Below, piece by piece: positions 39,200 to 53,098 of a stretch of 64,000 nt of DNA (the stretch's first letter is position 1; the number at the start of each line of letters is the position of its first letter). This stretch comes from Amphiscolops sp. MND2022 (Eukaryota). Where the stretch lies: the NCBI GenBank assembly GCA_964187785.1, contig OZ076409.1, positions 70,744,001-70,808,000 on the forward strand, written 5' to 3'. The translations under genes and the position numbers were made by a program. Below the pieces are notes generated by a model that saw nothing but the letters and a program-made list of their open reading frames with translations, ran no database searches and was not told where the DNA came from.

Positions 39200-40479
39200 G
39201 TGGCCGTGTCTTTTCGACGTGCTTTTGCATTGAGGAGTGGGTAGGGCCCCGCGACGACCTAGAAGAATTGGATGCTCACCGAAACGTGCAGAATTCTACG
39301 AGATCTCATAGTTTGAGCCATACGATTTTTCTGAAATTTGGCATGTGGCCTGGAATTGGTGAGTAGGTAAAACGTGTAGAAGGTAATTTTTCCCAAATTC
39401 CACTGTGAGAGGAGATATGGGCAAATAACGGACCCAAAAATGGCAAAAATCCACTTTTTTCAACTTTGTCAGCCAATATCTCTTTTCCAGGTGCCCGTAG
39501 CGTTCCGCACGTGGACATCAATATTGCTCAGCGCTGTTAGAAGAGTGCGTGGACAAATTTTGGTTTAAATCGGACTGAAACTTGGCGAGAAATTAACGGT
39601 TTTTTGGGCGTTTCCGGGGTAAATTTTTTAACGGTCCAGCTTATCTTTGCCATTTTTTCGAAAATGTACATGCCTAAAGGCCTCCCCCTGGCCGAATTTA
39701 CTCCCAGCAAACCCATTTGGCCCTAAATACGGAGTTTCAGCGTTCCAGCATTCCGGGGCGGAAAGTTGTGGGACTTGGAAAAATTTCAAAATTTTTTCAA
39801 AATTTTTTTTCCCGTTTTCCGGGCCCCCAATGAAGGGGAACGACCCCCCAACCAGTATTTTGAGTGAATTCATGTGGAACGCCCATGTTTAGAGGAGAAA
39901 AATGCCGTTTAGCACATCTTTTTATCTTAACTTGACATTGACTTATGACGTTTTGAATGTGATGTTAGGATATATGAAGCATGTTAAAAGTTGAAGTTTT
40001 GAGTCTTTATCTCATCGGAAAACCTTTGAGATACAAGCAGTTTTGCTAAAAACGATTTTCATTGTAGGTTAGCAGAGTATCAGTACACTTTGATGTCATT
40101 TGAGTATTTTTTTTTCTAAATAATAACTGTTTTTATGTATTTATTCCAATTTATTTCATCTTTTAACATCAAGCAGTTGAGTACATTTCATCTCCCTTTC
40201 GGGGGAGATGAGAATGTACTCGCTAAAAACCTAATGCTATGGCGCCAATGTTTGGATGGGAAGTTTTCTATGCTTTGAAAAAAGTTATTTTTAATTATTT
40301 GATTTTTTAAAACAATAATTAACATGAAGTACATTACTTGCTCCTACTACTACCACCATACATCTCTAACGTCAACGCCCCCTGCTTGCATCAACGCCCC
40401 ATCGTCCGTGGGCATGCCGAGGCATGCCCTTCGACGACGTATGCCAAATGCACAGTGCCACGCAGTCTTTCCCCGCTAG
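39200..40479 (+). repeat. Family B unit, subtype B2a (1280 bp)
   Basis: Closely similar to 35378-36662. Confidence 0.92.
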
Positions 40480-41767
40480 GTGGCCGTGTCTTTTCGACGT
40501 GCTTTTGCATTGAGGAGTGGGTAGGGCCCCGCGACGACCTAGAAGAATTGGATGCTCACCGAAACGTGCAGAATTCTACGAGATCTCATAGTTTGAGCCA
40601 TACGATTTTTCTGAAATTTGGCATGTGGCCTGGAATTGGTGAGTAGGTAAAACGTGTAGAAGGTAATTTTTCCCAAATTCCACTGTGAGAGGAGATATGG
40701 GCAAATAACGGACCCAAAAATGGCAAAAATGCACATTTTTCAACTTTGTCAGCCAATATCTCTTTTCCAGGTGCCCGTAGCGTTCCGCACGTAGACATCA
40801 ATATTGCTCAGCGCTGTTGGAGGAGTGAGTGGACAAATTTTGGTTCAAATCGGATTTAAACTTGACGAGAAATTAACGGTTTTTTGGGCGTTTCCGGGGT
40901 AAATTTTTTAACGGTCCAGCTTATCTTTGCCATTTTTTCGAAAATGTACATGCCTAAAGGCCTCCCCCTGGCCGAATTTACTCCCAGCAAACCCATTTGG
41001 CCCTAAATACGGAGTTTCAGCGTTCCAGCATTCCGGGGCGGAAAGTTGTGGGACTTGGAAAAATTTCAAAATTTTTTCAAAATTTTTTTTTCCCGTTTTC
41101 CGGGCCCCCAATGAAGGGGAACGACCCCCCAACCAGTATTTTGAGTGAATTCATGTGGAACGCCCATGTTTGGAGGAGAAAAATGCCGTTTAGCACATCT
41201 TTTTATCTTAACTTGACATTGACTTATGACGTTTTGAATGTGATGTTAGGATATATGAAGCATGTTAAAAGTTGAAGTTTTGAGACTTTATCTCATCGGA
41301 AAACCAACCATTGAGATACAAGCAGTTTTGCTAAAAACGATTTTCATTGTAGGTTAGCAGAGTATTAGTACACTTTGATGTCATTTGAGTATTTTTTTCT
41401 TCTATATAATAACTGTTTTTATGTATTTATTCCAATTTATCTCATCTTTTAACATCAAGCAGTTGAGTACATTTCATCTCCCTTTCGGGGGGGAGATGAG
41501 AATGTACTCGCTAAAAACCCAATGCTATGGCGCCAATGTTTGGATGGGAAGTTTTCTATGCTTTGAAAAAAGTTATTTTTAATTACTTGATTTTTTAAAA
41601 CAATAATTAACATGAAGTACATTACTTGCTCCTACTACTACCACCATACATCTCTAACGTCAACGCCCCCTGCTTGCATCAACGCCCCATCGTCCGTGGG
41701 CATGCCGAGGCATGCCCTTCGACGACGTATGCCAAATGCCCAGTGCCACGCAGTCTTTCCCCGCTAG
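40480..41767 (+). repeat. Family B unit, subtype B2a (1288 bp)
   Basis: Closely similar to 39200-40479 and followed at CTAG|GTG by an A unit. Confidence 0.92.
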
Positions 41768-44700
41768 GTGCGGGGGGGAAACCCCATCCCTTATCTTGGA
41801 GGATTCGGGTAGGGTCCTGAATCCGAGTTCAGTGCCGCCAGCTCTCAGTAGAAATCTGGGAAATTTTTTGCGATCTCGTGATCTAACCATAGGATTTTAA
41901 AGTTGGAGCGGCCCCCACCAGATTTTCCAAAGTTATTCGCCCCCCACCGGGTTCCAGCGTGATTGAAATATTCTGACGGGGTACACGGGCGACCGTTAGG
42001 GGTCATTTTGGGGGTAAAATTTATATCCGGTCGCATAACTTTTTTCCTGTTGGTTTAAAACTTTGGGACCCTGCTAAAAGTTTCTTGACCGTGTTGCAGG
42101 GGCCCCGGAGGTCCAAACCAAATTTTTCTATCTTGAAGCTATCTCCAAGTACCCCCCCGCCCAAAACGTTATTTTTCCGGAAACGCAGGTTTTTGACCCG
42201 GAAGGAGTCGTCGGAGCGCGGGGTCGTTAGGTGATGTATTGGGGACGGCCTTGAGACGAAGCGGGGGACATGTAGTTTGCCGACCCCAGTTTACCCCCCG
42301 GACGGGAAATGACCGTTATTTGAGCGGGAAAAATGCCCCCCTCCACGTTTTACCGCTATTTCCGGTGTGAAGGAGTGGGAGTAGCGCGTCGGGTGCCATA
42401 TATCAAAAGTAGGTTTAGACAAGGATCTATCGGAAACATGTGGTTTGGGACACCCTGGACCAACCCGTTAGCAGGAAATGGGGCTTCCGGCCCGTTTTTT
42501 TACGGTTAAAAACGGAAAATGGGCATTGAGGGGTAAATATCTCGTGAACGCGTGGAGCTACGGTGTCCATCACTACTACAAGGTTTCATACCCATGATAT
42601 GGTGCCTTCAGGGGGGCAAACAGATTTCCGCTATCTATCACCGTTACCGACTTGGCCCCCCAGCCTAACCGCTATGTGACCGGAAATGTCACTTTTTGAG
42701 CCCAAAGGGTCGGTCCCACCCGGGGAACGTTAGGTAACTTATTGTAGTACTCAATGAGACGAGTTGGGGGACATAGTTTCAGTCACCCCCCGTTACCCCT
42801 TGGGACCGGAAATGACCGTTATGTGAGTAAATTTGCCATTTTTGTCCTATTTGAAGGGCATTTAGACGCGGAAGGAGTGGTAACAGGTGCTTGGACACTA
42901 TATGAGGTAAGGGAGGACGTGAGGCGAGCATTCGGACATAACCGTTATGTTGACCCTAAAGTCCCCCTGGTACCGTAAACGACCGGAAATGGTCAAATTT
43001 TGTATTTTTAGGGTACAAATGTTTGGTATTTTATGGAATAAAGTACATGGAAGGTGTTTCAAAGGCATCCAGAAATGAACATAGTCATGAAACCTTGAGG
43101 GGGGTAACGGTATATAACACCGGAAGTCCAAGCCGTTGGACACAGTATAGGTTTTTGGGTTTTAAAATGCTTATGAACGTACATTTGTGGGTTGAATTGT
43201 TCTAATATTGACTATTTTCGATATTTTTTGACATTAAAGGTTTTTCCAATAGTTTCAGGGACCTCCAAAGCTTCAATCAACATAACCTTTACATTATGAT
43301 AGCCTTTCAAGTTGGCCTGGTGTCAACTTGGAAGGGCTATCCTTCACAAATCGTATATCAAGTGTGTTTTTGAGTAGGTTTTTATCACTTTAGTATCAAT
43401 TAGAGCTTAATCATTAGTTTGCCAACGACAAAAACCATGTCGTGATGATTCCGTTAGTAGAAGAATAGTTAACAACTTGTTGACAAAGTTGATTTTTTGC
43501 ATTTAAAATGTTTCCTAAATGCCAGGAAAACGATTTACGTTATAAATGGTACTGATTGACCCAAATAACAGTTAAAAAAAGTTAAACATTATTTTTTCGT
43601 TTCATTATAGAAGCTGAAACCTCACGTTTTAACTTAATTAACGTCAACGCCACATACTTTACATCAACGCCCACCGTCTGTGGGCATGCCGAGGCATGCC
43701 CTTCGACGACGTATACCAAAATCCAATATATCTACACCCACCCGCGGTAGCAGCTAGGTGCGGGGGGGAAACCCCATCCCTTATCTTGGAGGATTCGGGT
43801 AGGGTCCTGAATCCGATTTTAGTTCGCCCAGCTCTCAGTAGAAATCTGGGAAATTTTTTGCGATCTCGTGATCTAACCATAGGATTTTAAAGTTGGAGCG
43901 GCCCCCACCAGATTTTTCAAAGTTATTCGCCCCCCACCGGGTTCCAGCGTGATTGAAATATTTTGTCGGGGTACACGGGCGACCGTTAGGGGTCATTTTA
44001 GGGGTAAAATTTATATCCGGTCGCATAACTTTTTTCCTGTTGGTTTAAAACTTTGGGACCCTGCTAAAAGTTTCTTGACCGTGTTGCGGTGGCTCCGGAG
44101 GTCCAAACCAAATTTTTCTATCTTGAAGCTATCTCCAAGTACCCCCCCGCCCAAACCGTTATTTTTCCGGAAATGCCGGTTTTTGACCCGGAAGGAGTCG
44201 TCTGAGCGCGGGGTCGTTAGGTGATATATTGGGGACGGCTTTGAGACGAAGCGGGGGACATGTAGTTTGCCGACCCCAGTTTACCCCCCGCACGGGAAAT
44301 AACCGTTATTTGAGCGGGAAAAATGCCCCCCTCCACGTTTTACCGCTATTTCCGGTGTGAAGGAGTGGGAGTAGCGCGTCGGGTGTTATATAACAAAAGT
44401 AGGTTTAGACAAGGACCTATCGGAAACATGTAGTTTGGGACCCCCTGGACCAACCCGTTAGCGGGAAATGGGGCTTCCGCCTCCTTTTTTTACTGCTAAA
44501 ACCGTAAAATGGGCATTGAGGGGTAAATATCTCGTGAACGCGTGGAGCTACAGTGTCCATCACTACTACAAGGTTTCATACCCATGATATGGTGCCTTCA
44601 GGGGGGCAAACAGATTTCCGCTATCTATCACCGTTACCGACTTGGCCCCCCAGCCTAACCGCTATGTGACCGGAAATGTCACTTTTTGAGCCCAAAGGGT

Positions 44701-47700
44701 CGGTCCCAGCCGGGGAACGTTAGGTAACTTATTGTAGTACTCAATGAGACGAGTTGGGGGATATAGTTTCAGTCACCCCCCGTTACCCCTTGGGACCGGA
44801 AATGACCGTTATGTGGGTAAAATGGCAATTTTTATACTTTTTCAAGTGTATTTAGGTGCGGAAGGAGTGGTAATAGGTGCTTGGACACCATATGATGTAA
44901 TGGAGGTCGAGAGGAGAGCATTCGGAAGTAACCGTTACGTTGACCCCAAAGTCCTCCTGGTACCGTTAACGAACGGAAATGGCCAAATTTTGTGTTTATA
45001 GGGTACAAATGTTTGGTATTTTATGGATAAAAGTACCTGGAAGGTGTTTTAAAGGCATTCAGAAGTGAACATAGTCATGAAACCTTGTGGGGGGTAACGG
45101 TATATAGCACCGGAAGTCCAAACCGTTGGTTACAGAATAGGTTTTTTGGTTTCAAAATGTCTTTAGGCGTAGTTTTGTGGGTTGAATCGTCATAATATCA
45201 ACTAATACGGACTTTTTTCGGAAATAAAATTTTTTCACATTAGTTTCAGGGACCTCCAATGCTTCAGTCAACATAACCGTTACATTTTGATAGCCTTTCA
45301 AGTTGGCCTGGTGTCAACTTGGAAGGGCTATCCTTCTAAAATCGTTAATCAAGAGTGTTTTCGGGTAGGTATATGTTGCATTAGTACCAATTAGAGCTTC
45401 ATCAACAGTTTGCCAACGGCAAAAACGATGTCGTGATAATTCCGTTATAAGAATATTAGTTAACAAATTGTTTACAAAGTTGATTTTTTCAATGTAAAAT
45501 GTGTCCTGATTCCACCAAATTGAATAAAATAATAAATGGTATTGACTAAAACTAAGTAACAATGAAAAAGAAGATCAACATTTTAATAGGTCTCGTTATG
45601 GAAGCTGAAACGTCATATTGTAGTTTAATTAACGTCAACGCCACATACTTTACATCAACGCCCACCGTCCGTAGGCATGCCGAGGCATGCCTTTCGACGA
45701 CGTATACCAAATTCCACCCACACAACACCCTCGAGCGCGGTAGCAGCTAGGTGCGGGGGGGAAACCCCATCCCTTATCTTGGAGGATTCGGGTAGGGTCC
45801 TGAATCCGAGTTCAGTGCCGCCAGCTCTCAGTAGAAATCTGGGCATTTTTTTGCGATCTCGTGATCTAACCATAGGATTTTAAAGTTGGAGCGGCCCCCA
45901 CCAGATTTTCCAAAGTTATTCGCCCCCCACCGGGTTCCAGCGTGATTGAAATATTTTGACGGGGTACACGGGCGACCGTTAGGGGTCATTTTGGGGGTAA
46001 AATTTATATCCGGTCGCATAACTTTTTTCCTGTTGGATTAAAACTTTGGGACCCTGCTAAAAGTTTCTTGACCGTGTTGCGGGGGCTCCGGAGGTCCAAA
46101 CTAAATTTTTCTATCTTGAAGCTATCTCCAAGTACCCCCCCGCCCAAACCGTTATTTTTCCGGAAACGCAGGTTTTTGACCCGGAAGGAGTCGTCTGAGC
46201 GCGGGGTCGTTAGGTGATGTATTGGGGACGGCCTTGAGACGAAGCGGGGGATATATAGTTTGCCGACCCCAGTTTACCCCCCGGACGGGAAATGACCGTT
46301 ATATGAGCGGGAAAAATGCCCCCCTCCACGTTTTACCGCTATTTCCGGTGTGAAGGAGTGGGAGTAGCGCTTCGGGTGCCATATATCAAAAATAAGTTTA
46401 GACAAGGACCTATCGGAAACATGTAGTTTGGGACCCCCTGGACCAACCCGTTAGCGGGAAATGGGGCTTCCGCCTCCTTTTTTTACTGCTAAAACCGTAA
46501 AATGGGCATTGAGGGGTAAATATCTCGTGAACGCGTGGAGCAATCGTGTCCATCACTACTACAAGGTTTCATACCCATGATATGGTGCCTTCAGGGGGGC
46601 AAACAGATTTCCGCTATCTATCACCGTTACCGACTTGGCCCCCCAGCCTAACCGCTATGTGACCGGAAATGTCACTTTTTGAGCCCAAAGGGTCGGTCCC
46701 AGCCGGGGAACGTTAGGTAACTTATTGTAGTACTCAATGAGACGAGTTGGGGGATATAGTTTCAGTCAACCCCCGTTACCCCTTGGGACCGGAAATGACC
46801 GTTATGTGGGTAAATTTGCAATTTTTATACTCTTTGAAGTGTATTTAGGTGCGGAAGGAGTGGTAATAGGTGCTTGGACACTATATGATGTAATGGAGGT
46901 CGTGAGGAGAGCATTCGGAAATAACCGTTATGTTGACCCCAAAGTCCCCCTGGTACCGTTAACGACCGGAAATGGCCAAATTTTGTGTCTATTGGGTACA
47001 AATGTTTGGTATTTTATGGATAAAAGTACCTGGAAGGTGTTTTAAAGGCCTCCAGAAGTGAACATAGTCATGAAACCTTGTGGGGGGTAACGGTATATAG
47101 CACCGGAAGTCCAAACCGTTGGTCACAGAATAGGTTTTTTGGTTTCAAAATGTCTTTAGGCATAGTTTTGTGGGTTGAATCGTCATAATATCAACTAATA
47201 CTGACTTTTTTCGGAAATAAAATTTTTTCACATTAGTTTCAGGGACCTCCAATGCTTCAGTCAACATAACCGTTACATTTTGATAGCCTTTCAAGTTGAC
47301 CTGGTGTCAACTTGGAAGAGCTATCCTTCTAAAATCGTTAATCAAGAGTGTTTTTGGGTAGGTATATGTTGCATTAGTACCAATTAGAGCTTCATCAACA
47401 GTTTGCCAACGGCAAAAACGATGTCGTGATAATTCCTTTATAAAAATATTAGTTAACAAATTGTTTTCAAAGTTGATTTTTTCCATTAAAAATGTGTCCT
47501 AATGCCACCAAATTGAATAAAATAATAAATGGTATTGACTAAAACTAAATAACAATGAAAAAGAAGATCAACATTTTTATTAGGTCTCATTATGGAAGCT
47601 GAAACCTCACGTTTTAGTTTAATTAACGTCAACGCCACATACTTTACATCAACGCCCACCGTCTGTGGGCATGCCGAGGCATGCCCTTCGACGACGTATA

Positions 47701-50700
47701 CCAAACAACCTCCATATCTACACCCACCCGCGGTAGCAGCTAGGTGCGGGGGGGTAACCCCAACAAATATATTGGAGGATTCGGGTAGGGTCCTGAATCC
47801 GATTTTAACTCTAATAGCTATCGATAGGAAATCGTGCAAAAATTTCGGGATCTCGTGATCTAACCATAGGATTTTAAAGTTGGAGCGGCCCCCACCAGAT
47901 TTTCCAAAGTTATTCGCCCCCCACCGGGTTCCAGCGTGATTGAAATATTTTGACGGGGTACACGGGCGACCGTTAGGGGTCATTTTGGGGGTAAAATTTA
48001 TATCCGGTCGCATAACTTTTTTCCTGTTGGTTTAAAACTTTGGGACCCTGCTAAAAGTTTCTTGACCGTGTTGCAGTGGCTCCGGAGGTCCAAACCAAAT
48101 TTTTCTATCTTGAAGCTATCTCCAAGTACCCCCCCGCTCAAACCGTTATTTTTCCGGAAACGCAGGTTTTTGACCCGGAAGGAGTCGTCTGAGCGCGGGG
48201 TCGTTAGGTGATGTTTTGGGGACGGCCTTGAGACGAAGTGGGGGACATGTAGTTTGCCAACCTCAGTTTACCCCCCGGACGGGAAATGACCGTTATATGA
48301 GCGGGAAAATTGCCCCCCTCCACGTTTAACCGCTATTTCCGGTGTGAAGGAGTGGGAGTAGCGCGTCGGGTGTCATATATCAAAAGTAGGTTTAGACAAG
48401 GACCTATCGGAAACATGTAGTTTGGGACCCCCTGGTCCAACCCGTTAGCGAGAAATGGCGCTTCCGCCTCCTTTTTTTACTGCTAAAACCGTAAAATGGG
48501 CATTGAGGGGTAAATATCTCGTGAACGCGTGGAGCAATCGTGTCCATCACTACTACAAGGTTTCATACCCATGATATGGTGCCTTCAGGGGGACAAACAG
48601 ATTTCCGCTATCTATCACCGTTACCGACTTGGCCCCCCAGCCTAACCGCTATGTGACCGGAAATGTCACTTTTTGAGCCCAAAGGGTCGGTCCCAGCCGG
48701 GGAACGTTAGGAAACTTATTGTAGTACTCAATGAGACGAGTTGGGGGATATAGTTTCAGTCACCCCCCGTTACCCCTTGGGACCGGAAATGACCGTTATG
48801 TGGGTAAAATTGCAATTTTTATACTTTTTCAAGTGTATTTAGGTTGGGAAGGCGTGGTAATAGGTGCTTGGACACTATATGAGGTAAGGGAGGACGTGAG
48901 GCGAGCATTCGGAAATAACCGTTATGTTGACCCTAAAGTCCCCCTGGTACCGTAAACGACCGGAAATGGTCAAATTTTGTGTCTATTGGGTACAAATAAT
49001 TATTATTTTGTAGATAAAAGTTTCTTTTAGGTGTTTCGACGGTCTGCAATAGTGAACATAGTCATGAAACCTTGTGGGGGGTAACGGGGTATATAGCACC
49101 GCAAGTCCAAACCGTTGGACACAGGATAGGTTTTTGGTTTGAAAATGTCTTTCGGCGTACTTTTGTCGACTATTATGGACTATTATTAAAAATTAAAGAT
49201 TTTCCATATAGTTTCAGAGACTCCGAAACCTCAACCAACATAACCGTTACATTTTGATAGCCTTTCAAGTTGGCCTGGTGTCAACTTGGAAGCGCTATCC
49301 TTCTGAAATCGTTAATCAAGAGTGTTTTTGGGTAGGTATATATTGCATTAGTACCAATTAGAGCTTCATCAACAGTGTATCAACGACAAAAACTATGCCG
49401 TCATGATTCCGTTATCAGAATCATAGTGAGCAAATTGTTGAAAAAAATGGTTTTTTCCATACAAAATGTGTCCTAAATGCCAGGAAACCTATTTACCTAA
49501 CAAATGGTATTAATTGGAATGTATGTAACAGAGTTATAAAAGTTCAAATTGAATATTACATTTCATTATGGAAGCTGAAACGTCATATTTTAGTTTAATT
49601 AACGTCCACGCCACATACTTTACATCAACGCCCACCGTCTGTGGGCATGCCGAGGCATGCCCTTCGACGACGTATACCAAATACATACCCAAACGACGCC
49701 CGTACATCCCGGGCTAGGTGCGGGGGGGAAACCCCATCCCTTATCTTGGAGGATTCGGGTAGGGTCCTGAATCCGAGTTCAGTGCCGCCAGCTCTCAGTA
49801 GAAATCTGGGCATTTTTTTGCGATCTCGTGATCTAACCATAGGATTTTAAAGTTGGAGCGGCCCCCACCAGATTTTCCAAAGTTATTCGCCCCCCACCGG
49901 GTTCCAGCGTGATTGAAATATTTTGTCGGGGTACACGGGCGACCGTTAGGGGTCATTTTAGGGGTAAAATTTATAAAAGTTCGCATAACTTTTTTCCTGT
50001 TGGATTAAAACTTTGGGACCCTGCTAAAAGTTTCTTGACCGTGTTGCGGGGGCTCCGGAGGTCCAAACCAAATTTTTCTATCTTGAAGCTATCTCCAAGT
50101 ACCCCCCCGCCCAAACCGTTATTTTTCCGGAAACGCAGGTTTTTGACCCGGAAGGAGTCGTCTGAGCGCGGGGTCGTTAGGTGATGTATTGGGGACGGCC
50201 TTGAGACGAAGCGGGGGATATATAGTTTGCCGACCCCAGTTTACCCCCCGGACGGGAAATGACCGTTATATGAGCGGGAAAAATGCCCCCCTCCACGTTT
50301 TACCGCTATTTCCGGTCTGAAGGAGTGGGAGTAGCGCTTCGGGTGCCATATATCAAAAATAAGTTTAGACAAGGACCTATCGGAAACATGTAGTTTGGGA
50401 CCCCCTGGACCAACCCGTTAGCGGGAAATGGGGCTTCCGCCTCCTTTTTTAACTGCTAAAACCGTAAAATGGGCATTGAGGGGTAAATATCTCGTGAACG
50501 CGTGGAGCAATCGTGTCCATCACTACTACAAGGTTTCATACCCATGATATGGTGCCTTCAGGGGGGCAAACAGATTTCCGCTATCTATCACCGTTACCGA
50601 CTTGGCCCCCCAGCCTAACCGCTATGTGACCGGAAATGTCACTTTTTGAGCCCAAAGGGTCGGTCCCAGCCGGGGAACGTTAGGTAACTTATTGTAGTAC

Positions 50701-51709
50701 TCAATGAGACGAGTTGGGGGATATAGTTTCAGTCAACCCCCGTTACACCTTGGGACCGGAAATGACCGTTATGTGGGTAAATTTGCAATTTTTATACTCT
50801 TTGAAGTGTATTTAGGTGCGGAAGGAGTGGTAATAGGTGCTTGGACACTATATGATGTAATGGAGGTCGTGAGGAGAGCATTCGGAAATAACCGTTATGT
50901 TGACCCCAAAGTCCAACCGGTACCGTTAACGACCGGAAATGGCCAAATTTTGTGTCTATTGGGTACAAATGTTTGGTATTTTATGGACAAAAGTACCTGG
51001 AAGGTGTTTTAAAGGCCTCCAGAAGTGAACATAGTCATGAAACCTTGTGGGGGGTAACGGTATATAGCACCGGAAGTCCAAACTGTTGGTCACAGAATAG
51101 GTTTTTTGGTTTCAAAATGTCTTTAGGCATAGTTTTGTGGGTTGAATCGTCATAATATCAACTAATACGGACTTTTTTCGGAAATAAAATTTTTTCACAT
51201 TAGTTTCAGGGACCTCCAATGCTTCAGTCAACATAACCGTTACATTTTGATAGCCTTTCAAGTTGACCTGGTGTCAACTTGGAAGGGCTATCCTTCTAAA
51301 ATCGTTAATCAAGAGTGTTTTTGGGTAGGTATATGTTGCATTAGTACCAATTAGAGCTTCATCAACAGTTTGCCAACGGCAAAAACGATGTCGTGATAAT
51401 TCCGTTATAAAAATATTAGTTAACAAATTGTTTTCAAAGTTGATTTTTTCCATTAAAAATGTGTCCTAATGCCACCAAATTGAATAAAATAATAAATGGT
51501 ATTGACTAAAGTAAATAACAATGAAAAAGAAGATCAACATTTTTATTAGGTCTCATTATGGAAGCTGAAACCTCACGTTTTAGTTTAATTAACGTCAACG
51601 CCACATACTTTACATCAACGCCCACCGTCTGTGGGCATGCCGAGGCATGCCCTTCGACGACGTATACCAAACAACCTCCATATCTACACCCACCCGCGGT
51701 AGCAGCTAG
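41768..51709 (+). repeat. Run of 5 family A units (1990, 1993, 1993, 1974, 1992 bp)
   Basis: Junctions at 43757, 45750, 47743, 49717 and 51709. Confidence 0.95.
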
Positions 51710-53098
51710 GTGGTTGGGGCGGTCCCCAGAACGCACAAGGAGGCGCGGGGAGGGTCCTGCGCCGACGTAGAATAATTTCATATAATACTAGTATCCTACA
51801 TGGGTGTTTTAGAGGCGATTTTGGAATCTAACCGTAGGATTTGGATAATTTTTTGCATGCGGCCATAACTCGAAATTCCAAGAACTTTTCCCTACTGTCA
51901 TTTTCCCCGCAAATTGTTTTTTGTTGACTTATGGCCGAAAAACCGGAAATAACGTCCTTTTTAGACGTTATATCCGAAGTGTCGTCATAACTTTTTTCCA
52001 GGGCATGCTAGCGTTCTCGTTCACTTTTACACTTAGTTGCAGCATCTCAAAATACAACTGGTGGAAAATTTTGGTTGCATTCGGATCACCCCCCACCGAG
52101 ATAGAAGGGTTCCCCCCTCCAGTTTTACCCCCCAAATTTGCAAAATAGCCAATTTTGAGCATGAAGCCGAGGATTTAGCGTACCCGCACCCTCCTGATGT
52201 TTTGTTGTACGTATTGGGGTCAATCTGACGACATGTGTGGTTTTCACCCCCAACCCCCCCTTGGACCGGAAATGACACTTTTTTGTGTTTTTTGGCCGAA
52301 TTTAGCCGTTTTCATTATTAGGCAGTCGTTTTAGGGGCTCCTAGCAGGATATCGAAATTGAAATACAACCTGATCACAACCCAGTGACAACATGTTGGCC
52401 ACTTGGAGGTATCATCATGACCGGAAGTGCTGTCAACCCCCCTTTTTGTGACCGCTTTTTGACCTTGTGCACCAAAATGCCAACATCTTGAGGCCTAATG
52501 AGGCATTCAAATCTGTACAAAGATAAAATGTTAGACAACCGAAGTCCCGGAAGATCTTTAGCATATACCGGAAGTTACCCCCAATGACCGGAAGTTACCC
52601 AATGTGACCGGAAATGGTCCAAAAATTAATGTAAAGTTGAATTTTTCACTATTTCAAGACCACTTAATTGAAACTTTTCAATCTAAAAACTAGCGTACTG
52701 GCTTGTTTTGCTGAATTTATGGAAATTGATGAGCTCTATCGCCCCCGATAGCCTTCGAAGTTGACCTTGCGTCAACTTTGTAGGCTATCGATAAAGAAAA
52801 ATGAACAACAAAGTACATTGTTGCTCTCGTTTTTTTCCCGTTGTTTTTCCTCAAACATTCTTGAGACATATACATGGCCGTTAGTTGAAATCAATATTTA
52901 GCCCATGTTATAGCTGGAGCAGCGAAGCGTTACACAGACTAGTGTGGTTTTGAAATCACACTATTTAAATTAACAACTGACCGTCTTAGTCAACGCCACA
53001 CATTCATACCAACGCCCACCGTCTGTGGGCATGCCGAGGCATGCCCTTCGACGACGTATGACGAATCCACTCCAACGACACCCGCAGTCCTCAGCTAG
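51710..53098 (+). repeat. Family C unit (1389 bp), single copy in the window
   Basis: Starts GTGGTTGGGGCGG and its interior is unique. It retains the AGGG-loop hairpin, an A-like long hairpin (52746-52790) and the right-arm core. Confidence 0.9.
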
